From Octopus bimaculoides (taxonomy: Eukaryota): a DNA stretch of 64,000 nt. The stretch spans positions 74,265,466-74,329,465 of the forward strand of contig NC_068991.1 in NCBI RefSeq assembly GCF_001194135.2, written 5' to 3'. The position numbers and the translations under genes were made by a program. Under the pieces are notes generated by a model. The model was not told where the DNA came from. It did not search any database and saw only the letters and a list, made by a program, of their open reading frames with translations. This document shows positions 39,298 to 52,842 of the stretch, in pieces (position 1 is the stretch's first letter; every line of letters starts with the position of its first letter).

Positions 39298-39864
39298 TTG
39301 GGTGCAGTGAATAAACTGTCATCTAAATTATACAAAAAATGAAAATAACACTGACATCTCATTTTAACAGATATATTTATCAAAATTACATAAAAATATC
39401 TTGAAATACTAAAGAGCAAATTTATTCAGTAAAATCGCCATTGGCTTCAACCACAACCTCCAGACGACTCCGGAATCTCCTGCAACTCTTCCAGACGGTC
39501 TGTTTGTTTAAGTTGGTGAATGCTGCCATAATCCTTGCCTTCAGTTCATCTTTGGTGTTATAAGGAGTTTGTTGGTCTCTCGCTCAACTGCGCCTCACAC
39601 ATAATTATCAAGGGGTTGCAGTGTGGGGAGTTAGATGGCCAAATATTAGGGGTGATGTAGTCACAGAAATTGTCTGACAGCCAGGACTGGGTCCTCCTGC
39701 TTGTGTGGCATGGTGCAGAGTCCTGTTGCCAGACATAGGGTCTTCCAGCAGCCATCCTCTTCACCCAGGGCATCACTACCTCCTCCAGGAACTTGATGTA
39801 GGCCTCCGTGTTGAGTCTAAGACCGTGTGGGAAGATGAATGGAGGCATAACCTCGCCATCACTA
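39298..39864 (-). mobile_element. maT/DD37D-type (Tc1/mariner) transposon, 3' fragment with degenerate transposase
   Basis: Translation includes YVWQQDSAPCHTS and WPSNSPHCNPL-(D) (frameshifted SPDxNPLD motif). It is followed by a 3' UTR and TIR abutting (TA)n. Confidence 0.85.
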
Positions 39865-39870
39865 GTGGTA

Positions 39871-39977
39871 TATGCGGTGTTAAAAACCGATTGGTACCGT
39901 AGTGTATATATGCAGTATTAAAAACCGGGTGGTACCGAAGTGTACATATGCAGTATTAAAAACCGATTGGTACCGAA
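39871..39977. repeat. Three tandem 38-bp units (TATGCAGTATTAAAAACCGATTGGTACCGAAGTGTA..)
   Basis: AAAAACC starts at 39882, 39920 and 39958. Confidence 0.9.
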
Positions 39978-40665
39978 ACAACCGTAAGTAATAATAAAGA
40001 TGTGTTAAACGCATTCTTCGTCTTCATATATCATAAATAATAAATTATTTCTTTCCGAACATTCTTTGGTTTCTGAACTTAATGTTTGCCGATGCAGACC
40101 ATTACGTATTAAGATTCGATTAAGAGAAAAAGAAAAAAACGACGAAAGAAAACTATGCTCGAAAATACAAGATGGTCATGCCTGGAATGTCTTTGACCAT
40201 TGGTTTACTCGAATATGGCTGTCTTCATGTCAAACAACGACGACTACCTCGTGTATTGAGACCATTATTAAAGACTATTCTGTCTGTCAGTCTGTCTCTC
40301 TGTCTCGCTGTCTCTTTGTCTTTGTCTGTCTGCGTGTCTCTCTCTCTCTTTCTCTCTTTCTCCATTTCTTCGCCAAGCTGTTCTCGGTAGCTTTCTCTCA
40401 GCGTCGTAACATTCCAAGACGAAGCGAAATGAAGTAAAGAAAAAACATGACAGAAGGGTGAAGAAAAAGGAAACAAAATCAAGCAAAGAAATAAAAGTAC
40501 TGTTTACCAAATACGGCTTGTTATTCCTATTCAGGTATTTCAGCACCCTGTGCATATATTTATATGTGTGTATGTATGTATGTATGTATGTATGTATGTA
40601 TGTATGTATGTATGTATGTGTATGTATTTACATACATGTATGTATATATACACACATACACATGC

Positions 40666-40696
<31 letters not shown>

Positions 40697-40893
40697 CGTA
40701 TATGCATATATATATATAAAAATATATATATGTGTGCGTATATATTTATATATATATTTATACATATGTATATATATATATATATACACATACACATACA
40801 TACATATATATAAATATATATATGTGTGTGTATATTTATGCATATATATGTATGTATGTATCTATGTATGTATGCAGGTGTATTTGTACGTGT

Positions 40894-40928
<35 letters not shown>

Positions 40929-41215
40929 TTTACATGTCTGTATGCATTTCAGTATATATATGTGTGTTCATACGTACATACATACATACATGTATGTGTG
41001 TCCGTCCTGAACGTATAGGGTTCTTGTAGTTGTGCTTTTTAAAAACCGTCTGAATTAACAAGGTTAGGTGTGTGTGTGTGTGAGAGAGAGAGGGAGTGCG
41101 TGGGGGGAAGCAGAACTAACCAAAAAGTTAACGACTGGGATTTACAGACAAAAAATGATGGGTATTTCATGAAGGGTTTGAGATAACCAAAGAAAAGAAA
41201 AAGTGAAAATGAGGA

Positions 41216-41318
<103 letters not shown>

Positions 41319-41523
41319 GAAGCACAAGAGAAAACACCCAAACGTAGACGTAGCTACAGACACTCATAAATGCAAACGGAGACACACACACCCACAAACA
41401 CACATGCATACATGCACTTTTATACACACTCACTCACACACACAAACACGCACACACACAGACTCACGCGCGCGCATATGTGTACGTCTGTGTATATACA
41501 TATATATCTACTCACAAGCACAA

Positions 41524-41572
<49 letters not shown>

Positions 41573-42320
41573 CCTATCTATCAAAAAAGATAGGTCTACA
41601 ACCATATATATCGTTGTAGTAAAAACGTGACTATGGACAAGTTTAAATTATGCAAGCAACGATTTTTCATGCATAGTTTGAAGGTATAATTTTCCAAAAT
41701 GCATATAATTTGACAATTCGAAATTCTCACAAAAACGTTTCAAATTAAACCGTTGTAATGGCGCATGTTGTGCGCGCCTTCATCGCTGAGTTGCAAAGGA
41801 TCTCGGGAATAATTATATTTATATGTGGTGTGTGTAAATAAATGAATGACAAGTGATTACGTTAGTTGAGTTCTTTTATCATTCATTAATTGATATTATG
41901 CTCTGCACTGCTGAACTGAGCTGCTTGTTTACCGTATACTAGGTTCTTTCAATGGTTAGAAGAATCGTAAAAGCTAAGTGCAGTTCTCTTTCTCTCTCCC
42001 CCCCCCTCTCTCTCTCTCCCTCACACGCACATACATGTGCATACACGTATATAAATATTCTCATTCTAAAAACTATTATTTAACATTATAAAACGACATC
42101 GTTTGTTGTCAAGGAGTCTCTTAGCTTAATGGTTCTGAGCGCTCTCGCGGAATTTTAAGAGGTACAGGATTCGATTCTCTCCAGAGGCTTGCTGGCCGCT
42201 TTTTCCCGTCTTCTAAAGGGTCTTGACCCGGTTTTCTAAGCTTCTGTGTCTGCGTTCGAGAATTCCTTTATTTTCTATAAAATATATGTATATGTTTCTA
42301 TCTTTCTCTCTCTCTATATA

Positions 42321-43278
42321 TTCTTCTACTTGTTTCAGTCATTTGACTGTGGCCTGGCTGGAGCACTACTTTTTAGTCGACGAAATTGAACCTTGGTCTG
42401 ATTGTTTGTAAGCCTGGTGCTTATTCTATCGGTCTCTTCTGCCGAACCGCTAAGATATATGGACGTAAACACACCAGCATCGGTTATCAAGCAATGGTAG
42501 GGGGACAAACACAGACACACACACGAATATATATATATATANNNNNNNNNNNNNNNNNNNNNNNNNNNNNNNNNNNNNNNNNNNNNNNNNNNNNNNNNNN
42601 NNNNNNNNNNNNNNNNNNNNNNNNNNNNNNNNNNNNNNNNNNNNNNNNNNNNNNNNNNNNNNNNNNNNNNNNNNNNNNNNNNNNNNNNNNNNNNNNNNNN
42701 NNNNNNNNNNNNNNNNNNNNNNNNNNNNNNNNNNNNNNNNNNNNNNNNNNNNNNNNNNNNNNNNNNNNNNNNNNNNNNNNNNNNNNNNNNNNNNNNNNNN
42801 NNNNNNNNNNNNNNNNNNNNNNNNNNNNNNNNNNNNNNNNNNNNNNNNNNNNNNNNNNNNNNNNNNNNNNNNNNNNNNNNNNNNNNNNNNNNNNNNNNNN
42901 NNNNNNNNNNNNNNNNNNNNNNNNNNNNNNNNNNNNNNNNNNNNNNNNNNNNNNNNNNNNNNNNNNNNNNNNNNNNNNNNNNNNNNNNNNNNNNNNNNNN
43001 NNNNNNNNNNNNNNNNNNNNNNNNNNNNNNNNNNNNNNNNNNNNNNNNNNNNNNNNNNNNNNNNNNNNNNNNNNNNNNNNNNNNNNNNNNNNNNNNNNNN
43101 NNNNNNNATAAATATATATATACACGATGGGGTTCTTTCAGTTTTTGTCTACCAAATCCACTCACAAGCCCGGGGCTGTAGTAGAAGAATCTCTTGCCCA
43201 AATGCCACGCTGCGGGACTGAACCCGGAACCATGTGGTTGGAAAGCAAACTTCTTACCATACAGCCACGCCTGTGCCT
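42321..43278 (-). mobile_element. SINE family B spanning an N-gap in its central microsatellite
   Basis: The 3' half at 42321-42541 and the 5' half at 43108-43278 are co-oriented on either side of the gap. Confidence 0.85.
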
Positions 43279-43689
43279 ATGAATATATATATTCACACAC
43301 GAAAGGAGAAAGAGGGAAACGGAAATGCTAAAAGACCAGGTGATAGATGAGGAGATCAAATGGAAATTAAGTGTAATAATTAATATGTAAGTAAAAAATG
43401 AAAGTTGGGAGACATCCATGTTACGAGAGACGACAGAAAATGCCTTTTGCTGGATCTGGAATAAGCAACAGGTTTTGAGCAGAAACAAGAAGAATATGGG
43501 TCACCATCACCGAACCTCCGCCAACTGCAGGGCGTTGTGGCATAGGAGCGAAACACTAGCGGCAACTTCAAGAACACCTGACTTTTTCACCTGGTCATAA
43601 GTCTGTGACTTAGTCATAAGTCTGCGACTGTTTCTGCTAGCATCTCTTGTACTAGTAGTATTTAATAGGAAAGGTTGCTAAACGTCTAC

Positions 43690-43824
43690 CTATCTTCACT
43701 ACGGATTTTGAGCATATCTTTCCATATGGGTCTGAATGCTTGGTAATGATCGAAAGAGTATGATCGCGAATACAAGCGGCCGAAATGGAGTTCCCCTGGC
43801 GGATCTCTGGAGTAACATTACTCG
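43690..43824 (+). pseudogene. Short RTE-clade LINE fragment
   Basis: Translation YGSECLVMIERV*SRIQAAEMEFPWRISGVTLL matches the RTE post-RT motif YG.E.W...E....IQAAEM.F.RR..G. Confidence 0.7.
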
Positions 43825-44106
43825 TCAGGTTGCGTTGTTCTAAGTGAAGACAGCATATTGTATGTCTATCTCCTTACCTTCTTGGAGATTTTAGCTAAAA
43901 TTATACTAATGTGTCCATCTGTTTTAATTTAATTTAATTCTATGTATTTATGCAGCTGAGGGTTGCTCTGCATTTAAATTGATGTAATGATTGCATTGTT
44001 CAATTAAATAGAGTTGCTTGAAACGACCGTACTGCCTTACTTCTGGATATCCTTGTTTATTTTGATTCTATCTATATAAATATGTATATATACATACATA
44101 CATACA

Positions 44107-44175
<69 letters not shown>

Positions 44176-45189
44176 NNNNNNNNNNNNNNNNNNNNNNNNN
44201 NNNNNNNNNNNNNNNNNNNNNNNNNNNNNNNNNNNNNNNNNNNNNNNNNNNNNNNNNNNNNNNNNNNNNNNNNNNNNNNNNNNNNNNNNNNNNNNNNNNN
44301 NNNNNNNNNNNNNNNNNNNNNNNNNNNNNNNNNNNNNNNNNNNNNNNNNNNNNNNNNNNNNNNNNNNNNNNNNNNNNNNNNNNNNNNNNNNNNNNNNNNN
44401 NNNNNNNNNNNNNNNNNNNNNNNNNNNNNNNNNNNNNNNNNNNNNNNNNNNNNNNNNNNNNNNNNNNNNNNNNNNNNNNNNNNNNNNNNNNNNNNNNNNN
44501 NNNNNNNNNNNNNNNNNNNNNNNNNNNNNNNNNNNNNNNNNNNNNNNNNNNNNNNNNNNNNNNNNNNNNNNNNNNNNNNNNNNNNNNNNNNNNNNNNNNN
44601 NNNNNNNNNNNNNNNNNNNNNNNNNNNNNNNNNNNNNNNNNNNNNNNNNNNNNNNNNNNNNNNNNNNNNNNNNNNNNNNNNNNNNNNNNNNNNNNNNNNN
44701 NNNNNNNNNNNNNNNNNNNNNNNNNNNNNNNNNNNNNNNNNNNNNNNNNNNNNNNNNNNNNNNNNNNNNNNNNNNNNNNNNNNNNNNNNNNNNNNNNNNN
44801 NNNNNNNNNNNNNNNNNNNNNNNNNNNNNNNNNNNNNNNNNNNNNNNNNNNNNNNNNNNNNNAATGTTTTAAAAGAAATTTAAAGTGCCTCCGTGATAAC
44901 TCTAAACCTACTTTTGGGCCATTCTGTATAACAGTGAACTTTGTGCCAATTTCAGTTGTTGCTTAACCCTAGGAATTCCTTGATCAAACACAAAAAAGTT
45001 CAAAGAGGATTCGACTTATGACCATCACATTTTTTTCTCAGTAATAGTCCTCTAGAGTGCTTTGAGAGCGAGAGAGAGAGAGAGAGAGATTTGTTGGCTA
45101 TTTCTAGCAGGGTCAAGTGAGCGTGCTGTGGCCCCCTCGTATGTTTGACTAACTTCTTAGCACAGAGGTGATATTTGTTCTGATGGAAT

Positions 45190-45233
<44 letters not shown>

Positions 45234-45711
45234 TGGGTGTGTCTATGTGAGTATGTGTGTAGACTAAATGGATGTGTATGTGATTTAAATAGATGTTTGT
45301 CTGTGTCCGTATGTGTGTGTGTGTATGTGTGTGTGCGTGCGTGTGTGTGTCCACGTGCGTATGTGTGTAGGCTAAATGGATGTGTGTGTGTGTGATTTAA
45401 ATAGATGTTGTATGTGTCCGTGTGGGTGTGTGTGTGTCCGTGTGGGTGTGTGTGTCCGTGTGTGTGTGTGTTTGCGTGTACAGATTAAAGAGACGCGGAT
45501 ATGTGTAGGTTAAATAGTTGTGTGCATGCCTGTGTAGGTGTGTGTGTAGGTTAAATGGATATGCGTGAGGTGAGTGAGAATGTATGTGCGTGTGTGTGTT
45601 TAATCTAAATAAATGTATATATGTGTCGTGTGCGTAAGGGTTAAATAAATGTCTGTCTGTATATATGTGTGTGTGTGTGCGCGTGTATGTGTGTGCGTAT
45701 ATACGTATATA

Positions 45712-45779
<68 letters not shown>

Positions 45780-46056
45780 TATATATATATATATACTTGT
45801 ATATGCGTATATTTGTATGTATGTGCGTATATATAAGCATATGTAGAAATGTGTGTGTGCGTGTGCGTTTATGCATGTATGTAAATGTAGAAATGTGTAT
45901 ATTTGTTATTTCAATAGATGTATTTACTTGCTGGTATGTGTATGTATGTGTGTGTGTGTATGTGTGCGTGTGTGTGTGTGTGTGCGTGTGTGTATGTGTG
46001 TGAATGCAAGCTGAGCTGTATCGCATTCGGAATATTTTCTATCGCTTTTTAAATTT

Positions 46057-46099
<43 letters not shown>

Positions 46100-46316
46100 C
46101 ACACGCACACACACACACACACGCACATACACACGCACACACACATACACATGTATATATATATATATATATATTTATTTATTTATTGCTGACATTTAGA
46201 CAATATTTATTTACCGAAACATCTAATATGCCTCGGTCAAATTTACTTTGACTTCTAAAATCGATGAAAGAAGGCACCGATCAAACACTGGGGGTCAATC
46301 TAATCAGCCACGTATA

Positions 46317-46890
46317 CAAGGGCCATTCCAGAAGTCTTGAGACATTTTTGCAGGAGAGACATTTATTAATTTCAAAGAAGTCTAAAACTCTCACTTCCTT
46401 TGGAGTAAGTGTCTCTGACTTCAATGCACTTGTATTGTTCCAGTCACTTTGTGAAGGCCCCACGGAAGTCCTTCAAAGCGAAGGTGTCCAGGGCCCTTGT
46501 CACGGTCTCCTTCATCTTCACCTTCAGCATGAGGCACAACCAAAAGTCACAGGGAGCAAGGTCTGGACTGTAGGGAAGGGTTAAAGCAGTTTCGGTGCCT
46601 ATCTCTGTCAAATAGTTAGTTACTAGGCTGGAATTGGGGACGGGTGCATTGCCTTGGTGCCACCTACCCGAGTGAAAGAGCTCTGGCCTTTTGCGACGAA
46701 ATCTCTTCCTAAACTCCGGCAAAACCTCCATAAAGTATTCTTTATTGACCGTCTGATCAGAGAGAACCCAATGAATGTAGATGATGCCCTGGCTGTCGAA
46801 AAGCTGATCGTCAGGAGCTTCCCTGTAAACTTGCTTTACTCGGTCTCTTTTTACGTCGAAAAACAGATGCTATCCCCACACAGGTTAATC
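46317..46890 (-). mobile_element. Mariner (DD34D) transposon, decayed 3' half
   Basis: Translation includes RKRPELF...HQGNAPVP...LPYSPDLAPCDFWL. The TIR-like end CAAGGGCCATTCCAGAAGT follows TA at 46315-16. Confidence 0.85.
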
Positions 46891-47309
46891 CATACAGGTT
46901 AATCCATGACCAGTCTGGAGCTTTTCATAAGTTTCTGTCGAGAATCCCAGATGAACCTACCTCGCAGCAAAAGGTGCAAATGAGAGTAGCGACATCAAAC
47001 TCCCATATTCACGAATTGCTACATATTAGAGGAGGCTCTCGGTAATAACAGTGTAGCAAAACGGAGGTGCCCCAGCATGGCCAGAGTTTTGAGCTGAAGC
47101 TAAAAAAATAATATATATATATATATATATTTACTTGGAGAATGGAGCAACAAATACCCCTGAAGGATCGAGGCAAACCTACTACTTACCTATATATATA
47201 TATATATATACACGTATAGATATATGTACATATACGAATGTATATATGTATATAGATATATATTATGTTATTATATGATTGAACGCCACTCTTCCTCTTC
47301 CTAGTAAGT

Positions 47310-47332
<23 letters not shown>

Positions 47333-47343
<11 letters not shown>

Positions 47344-47400
47344 AATATAATTAAGGGATCAGCAAAATATTTGATCCCTTAATTATATTTATAAATATAT
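47333..47400. repeat. Perfect AT-rich hairpin, 29-bp arms and 10-nt loop
   Basis: ATATATTTATAAATATAATTAAGGGATCA-GCAAAATATT-TGATCCCTTAATTATATTTATAAATATAT. Confidence 0.9.
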
Positions 47401-47515
47401 GAACTTTTGAATAAGTTCTCCACCAATAATGGTGCTTTCATACCGATGGGCTTGGTAAAAAATTATTAATTGTTAATTGATTTATTAATTAATAAATTGA
47501 TGACCCTTTACCCTT

Positions 47516-47559
<44 letters not shown>

Positions 47560-47733
47560 TTAGGGAAAATAACCAAATTTCAAGAACTCATCGATGAAAA
47601 TCCACTATCACATATAGAANNNNNNNNNNTAAGTTCTCCACCAATAATGGTGCTTTCATACCGATGGGCTTGGTAAAAAATTATTAATTGTTAATTGATT
47701 TATTAATTAATAAATTGATGACCCTTTACCCTT

Positions 47734-47777
<44 letters not shown>

Positions 47778-48123
47778 TTAGGGAAAATAACCAAATTTCA
47801 AGAACTCATCGATGAAAATCCACTATCACATATAGAAAAATTAATAATTAAAAGCACAATAAATGAGTATAATATAAAACAAAGTAAATATCATAAGATA
47901 AAGATATATATATATATATATGAAACTATCTTGCTATATTAATAAAGAAATAAAGAAATTGGTATGAGCCGGCAGATAGATGGGTGGATAATTAGATACG
48001 TAGATAGATTGACAGATAGATAGACGTAGGGAGCTAAATCAACTTGCAGATAGATAGACCCAAATGTGGACAGTTAAGGAGTGTATTGTTGAAGTCTTTG
48101 ATAATCTACAGTGTGAAGGATAT

Positions 48124-48180
<57 letters not shown>

Positions 48181-48524
48181 CCTCTCTCTCTCTCTCCCTC
48201 TCTCTCTCTCTCTTTCTCTCTCTCACGTTGCATTGTATGTTTAAAGTTTCGTTCTATTTATATAGTTTTTGCTGTTAGGCCTCGGTGTTGTTCTAGTTAT
48301 TGCTTGAGTAGTAATATATTTATTTCTCAAACAATATCAAGATTTGGACTGCAAATAAACAAGAGCATGGTTTAGAGCCGTGTAACCTAATATATGCAGT
48401 AATTAAATTTAAAAACAAACGTTTCATGCCACATATACAGTATACGTCAGCTATTTGAGACCAAACATTCCGTTAAGAGCCATATGTGGCCCTAATTTTA
48501 ACTAAATATCTTCTCTTTTTTCAG

Positions 48525-48566
48525 CCCCATCATAGAAACTTCCAATCCAACGTAGACGATAAGAAG
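48525..48566 (+). CDS. Candidate 42-nt symmetric (phase 0-0) internal exon, PHHRNFQSNVDDKK; product unknown
   Basis: A branch-like CTAAT/ACTAAAT precedes the acceptor CTTCTCTTTTTTCAG, and the donor is AAG|GTATGC. Only one of the three frames is open. No homology recognised. Confidence 0.4.
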
Positions 48567-49311
48567 GTATGCCGTTCTCATCGCCTCAACCGTTAAACAC
48601 TATAATTCTGAGGTTGAATACAGGATACTGTACGTTGAACGATATTGCGCAGTAATCTCAGATTACTGGAAGCTGAATCAGAAGTCTGGTACTGTATATG
48701 ACTCAAGAAGATCCTTTCATTTTTAATTCATTGAAGAGTGTAAGGAAAGGTTTGCCCCGAGCTAAGGTCACGCATATATAATTTATATCACTTATGAGTA
48801 GAAGTTGAATCCGCATTCCTTCAGTGTATAGACGTAATGTCGTTGCTCCTAATTATTCAGAATTCATACGAACATTTTTTTATCGAGCAGTTCAGTGAAA
48901 ATACTCACTAAGAATATTTATAATGTACTCGATGGAATACATGTATCTTCGTCTTCCTACTCTGTCCGTTTGTCTTTCTCTTTCTCAGTTTATCTATCTA
49001 GATATATGGATGGGTAAAATAGATAGAGAGTAAATTTGTGTGTGTGTGTGTGTGTGTGTATAATTTACTTTTCCTTCTTGGTAAGATAAACAGAAAAAGT
49101 ATTCCCTCCAAGTAAATATCACTTAATGTACACAATAACGAGCTGCTAATAGTTTCATGCACTGGTGATGTAATCTAGGCACGTTTTTAATAACACGCCT
49201 TTGGGCCTCCAAGCAATCTCCGGGCTCTGAGCACACGCAATTTACAAATCATTAAATGATATTTATCTCACTTTTTTTGTCGATCTTACATTAACGGAAA
49301 AGTAAACAATA

Positions 49312-49704
49312 CACAATAGAACTCCGCAGTACGAGTTCTCCATTGTACGAGTAATTTGTTGTACGAGCCAAGACTCGTGCGAATTTTTGTGTTGAAGTAC
49401 GAGCGGAAATCCGCAGTACGAGCACACAAATCATCCTGTCTTTAAGGTAATTCAGTTAATAAAACCAGTTTACATATTTCTTTTGCATTCTCTTTTTTTT
49501 TTTATAATTGCCATTTTACTTATAATTACAACTTTTCTGTTTTAAAACCAGTAAAAAATTATTTTTAAATGGTTTTGCGCGGCTGGAACGGATTAATTAA
49601 ATGTTAGTTAATTTCAAAAGGGGAAGATTGATTTGTAAAACGAGTAAATCGTATGACGAGCTTGGTCATAGAACAAATTAAACTCGTACTGCGAGGTATC
49701 GCTG
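49312..49704. mobile_element. Tigger/pogo-like MITE
   Basis: Imperfect TIRs ...CCGCAGTACGAGTT and AACTCGTACTGCGAGG...CTG|TA, with repeated internal GTACGAG motifs. Confidence 0.7.
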
Positions 49705-49836
49705 TACCTCCAGCGCGTGAGTTTCTACTGTAAATTCACAATCTTCATTTGCTAAGCATGATAGCTACGTTAAGATGAGTGACAATAAAGTTTCCTCCAA
49801 TTTGCACACGATTATTTATACCATGATTATGGTTTT

Positions 49837-49951
49837 ATGGATTATTCTGCTAAAAATACACCAACACCAGCGAATAACCTATACCTCAGGATGCTTTTCA
49901 AGAAAGTTGAAGACCTCGTGAGACGGATGAGATGGAAGGCCTTATATTTTG
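49837..49951 (+). pseudogene. Penelope-like element ORF, N-terminal remnant
   Basis: YSAKNTPTP...YLRMLFKKVEDLVRRMRWKALYF resembles the YS.KNIP.P...Y...L..KVE....RMRWKA.FF motif I recall from PLE ORF N-termini. Confidence 0.55.
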
Positions 49952-50159
49952 ATTGTTCGTTTTTTACTTTTCCACACTCTTCAAATTTTTGTATCCGCTT
50001 TCTCGTTTTTTTCCTTTTCTCGTGATTTCTTGTGTTCTGTTGTTCTGATCAGTAAATTCTTCAAATCCAGGGGATTGCTTGGAGGCACAATGCATAAAAT
50101 TATTGGTAGCTCATAACTGTATGCATTAAATGATACAAATCTCTTTCTCTCCTTCTCTC

Positions 50160-50197
<38 letters not shown>

Positions 50198-50819
50198 TCT
50201 TTGGTCGGCCGGAGGCTATATTAGAAGATACTTGCCCAAGGTGCCTGCCACGCAGTGGGACCGAACCCGGAACCATGTGATTGNNNNNNNNNNNNNNNNN
50301 NNNNNNNNNNNNNNNNNNNNNNNNNNNNNNNNNNNNNNNNNNNNNNNNNNNNNNNNNNNNNNNNNNNNNNNNNNNNNNNNNNNNNNNNNNNNNNNNNNNN
50401 NNNNNNNNNNNNNNNNNNNNNNNNNNNNNNNNNNNNNNNNNNNNNNNNNNNNNNNNNNNNNNNNNNNNNNNNNNNNNNNNNNNNNNNNNNNNNNNNNNNN
50501 NNNNNNNNNNNNNNNNNNNNNNNNNNNNNNNNNNNNNNNNNNNNNNNNNNNNNNNNNNNNNNNNNNNNNNNNNNNNNNNNNNNNNNNNNNNNNNNNNNNN
50601 NNNNNNNNNNNNNNNNNNNNNNNNNNNNNNNNNNNNNNNNNNNNNNNNNNNNNNNNNNNNNNNNNNNNNNNNNNNNNNNNNNNNNNNNNNNNNNNNNNNN
50701 NNTATATATATATGTATATATATTGATAGGAAGGACAACAAAAGAAAAGAAAGAAAGAGACCTCGATAGGTGTATATATATATTTACATACATATGTATA
50801 TATTATATACTGTACACGA

Positions 50820-51033
50820 AGGGCAGTGAGCTGGCAGAAACGTTAGCACGCCGGGCGAAATGCTTAGCAGCATTTCGTCTGTCTTTATGTTCTGAGTTCA
50901 AATTCCACCGAGGTCGACTTTGCTTTTCATCATTTCGGCGTTCATAAATTAAGTACCAGTTGCGTACTGCGGTCGATTTAATCGACTAGCCCCTCCCCTC
51001 CAAATTTCGGGCCTTGTGCCTAGAGTAGAAAAA
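50820..51033 (+). mobile_element. SINE family A, full length, well preserved
   Basis: GGCAGTGAGCTGGCAGAAACGTTAGCACGCCGGGCG...GAGTTCAAATTCC...GGCCTTGTGCCTAGAGTAGAAAA. Confidence 0.9.
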
Positions 51034-51552
51034 TATATATTGTACATGTGTGATTGAAACATTGAGCGATTGTCTCAGTTTACTGAAAGCAGTAACAGAC
51101 GAGACGAAAATGTTGAATCGTGCAACTACTGAACTTTAGCACTAGTTTCATGATTTATCCCAAGGTTGTCTTAGCAATGCATATTGATTATGCTGCATAG
51201 AAACACAATGCATTGCTGACATTTTAGGATCACCAGTCTGTTAGCAAAAATTAAAAGGAAGTATGTTAAGGTTAAACGGAAAACAATGAGAAGATTGTAA
51301 AACCTCAGAATATGTTCTCAATAACTCGCATTCATAGACATACACACATCACATAAACACACACATATATATATATATGTATACATGCACATGTTAATGG
51401 CATGTTCGGTTAATTTGGGTAATTGATAATACTTGCCCATGCATAGCAACGCTAGCATTAGACTAAATGCAAAAAGATTATCTCACACAAGATGACCCCC
51501 TCCCTCCTCTCTCTCTCTCTCTCTCACATGCACATACACACCCATATATATA

Positions 51553-51604
<52 letters not shown>

Positions 51605-51687
51605 CGCACGCACACATGCACACATATTTTTACATGTGTCATTACAGACTGATCTTTCTCAAGCATGATGAGCATAAATATATACGT

Positions 51688-51736
<49 letters not shown>

Positions 51737-52802
51737 NNNNNNNNNNNNNNNNNNNNNNNNNNNNNNNNNNNNNNNNNNNNNNNNNNNNNNNNNNNNNNNN
51801 NNNNNNNNNNNNNNNNNNNNNNNNNNNNNNNNNNNNNNNNNNNNNNNNNNNNNNNNNNNNNNNNNNNNNNNNNNNNNNNNNNNNNNNNNNNNNNNNNNNN
51901 NNNNNNNNNNNNNNNNNNNNNNNNNNNNNNNNNNNNNNNNNNNNNNNNNNNNNNNNNNNNNNNNNNNNNNNNNNNNNNNNNNNNNNNNNNNNNNNNNNNN
52001 NNNNNNNNNNNNNNNNNNNNNNNNNNNNNNNNNNNNNNNNNNNNNNNNNNNNNNNNNNNNNNNNNNNNNNNNNNNNNNNNNNNNNNNNNNNNNNNNNNNN
52101 NNNNNNNNNNNNNNNNNNNNNNNNNNNNNNNNNNNNNNNNNNNNNNNNNNNNNNNNNNNNNNNNNNNNNNNNNNNNNNNNNNNNNNNNNNNNNNNNNNNN
52201 NNNNNNNNNNNNNNNNNNNNNNNNNNNNNNNNNNNNNNNNNNNNNNNNNNNNNNNNNNNNNNNNNNNNNNNNNNNNNNNNNNNNNNNNNNNNNNNNNNNN
52301 NNNNNNNNNNNNGATCTATATATATACATATATATATACATATATATATAAATAAATATATATATGTGTGTATGTGTATGCACATATACGTATACATGCA
52401 TATTTATGCTTCATGCTTGAGAATGAGGTGTCTGTAACGAACCTTCTTCCCAAAATAACAACAGTAACAACAAAAACAAAACCAAGTGCAACAACAACAA
52501 CAACACGAACAACAAACCGGACTGAAAGACATATGGTTACGGCTCAGACAATCGGCTGTTGTACAGATAAATAACTACGTTGGTATGGAATGTTAGCGTC
52601 TCGTCAATGTAAAATATATTAAGGCTGACAGGGTATAACAGACGGATGAGGGAGATGGATGATTGGTGGTTGGTCGGTTGGTCGGTTGGTCGGTTGGTCG
52701 GTTGGTTGGCTGGTTGGTAGGGGTAATGGGAGCGGTTGGGTGTGGTGGCTGTGACCATAATAACGAAGATAGAGACAAGGGGGTAGGGATGACGACAACG
52801 AT

Positions 52803-52842
<40 letters not shown>

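Noticed and set aside
43418-43480. AFCWIWNKQQ, resembling the gypsy RT-RNase H linker
   Set aside because: Too short, and no other pol motifs lie nearby.
47412-47837. Apparent tandem duplication of ~208 bp
   Set aside because: The two copies are essentially identical and separated by a 10-N spacer, the signature of an unmerged contig overlap.
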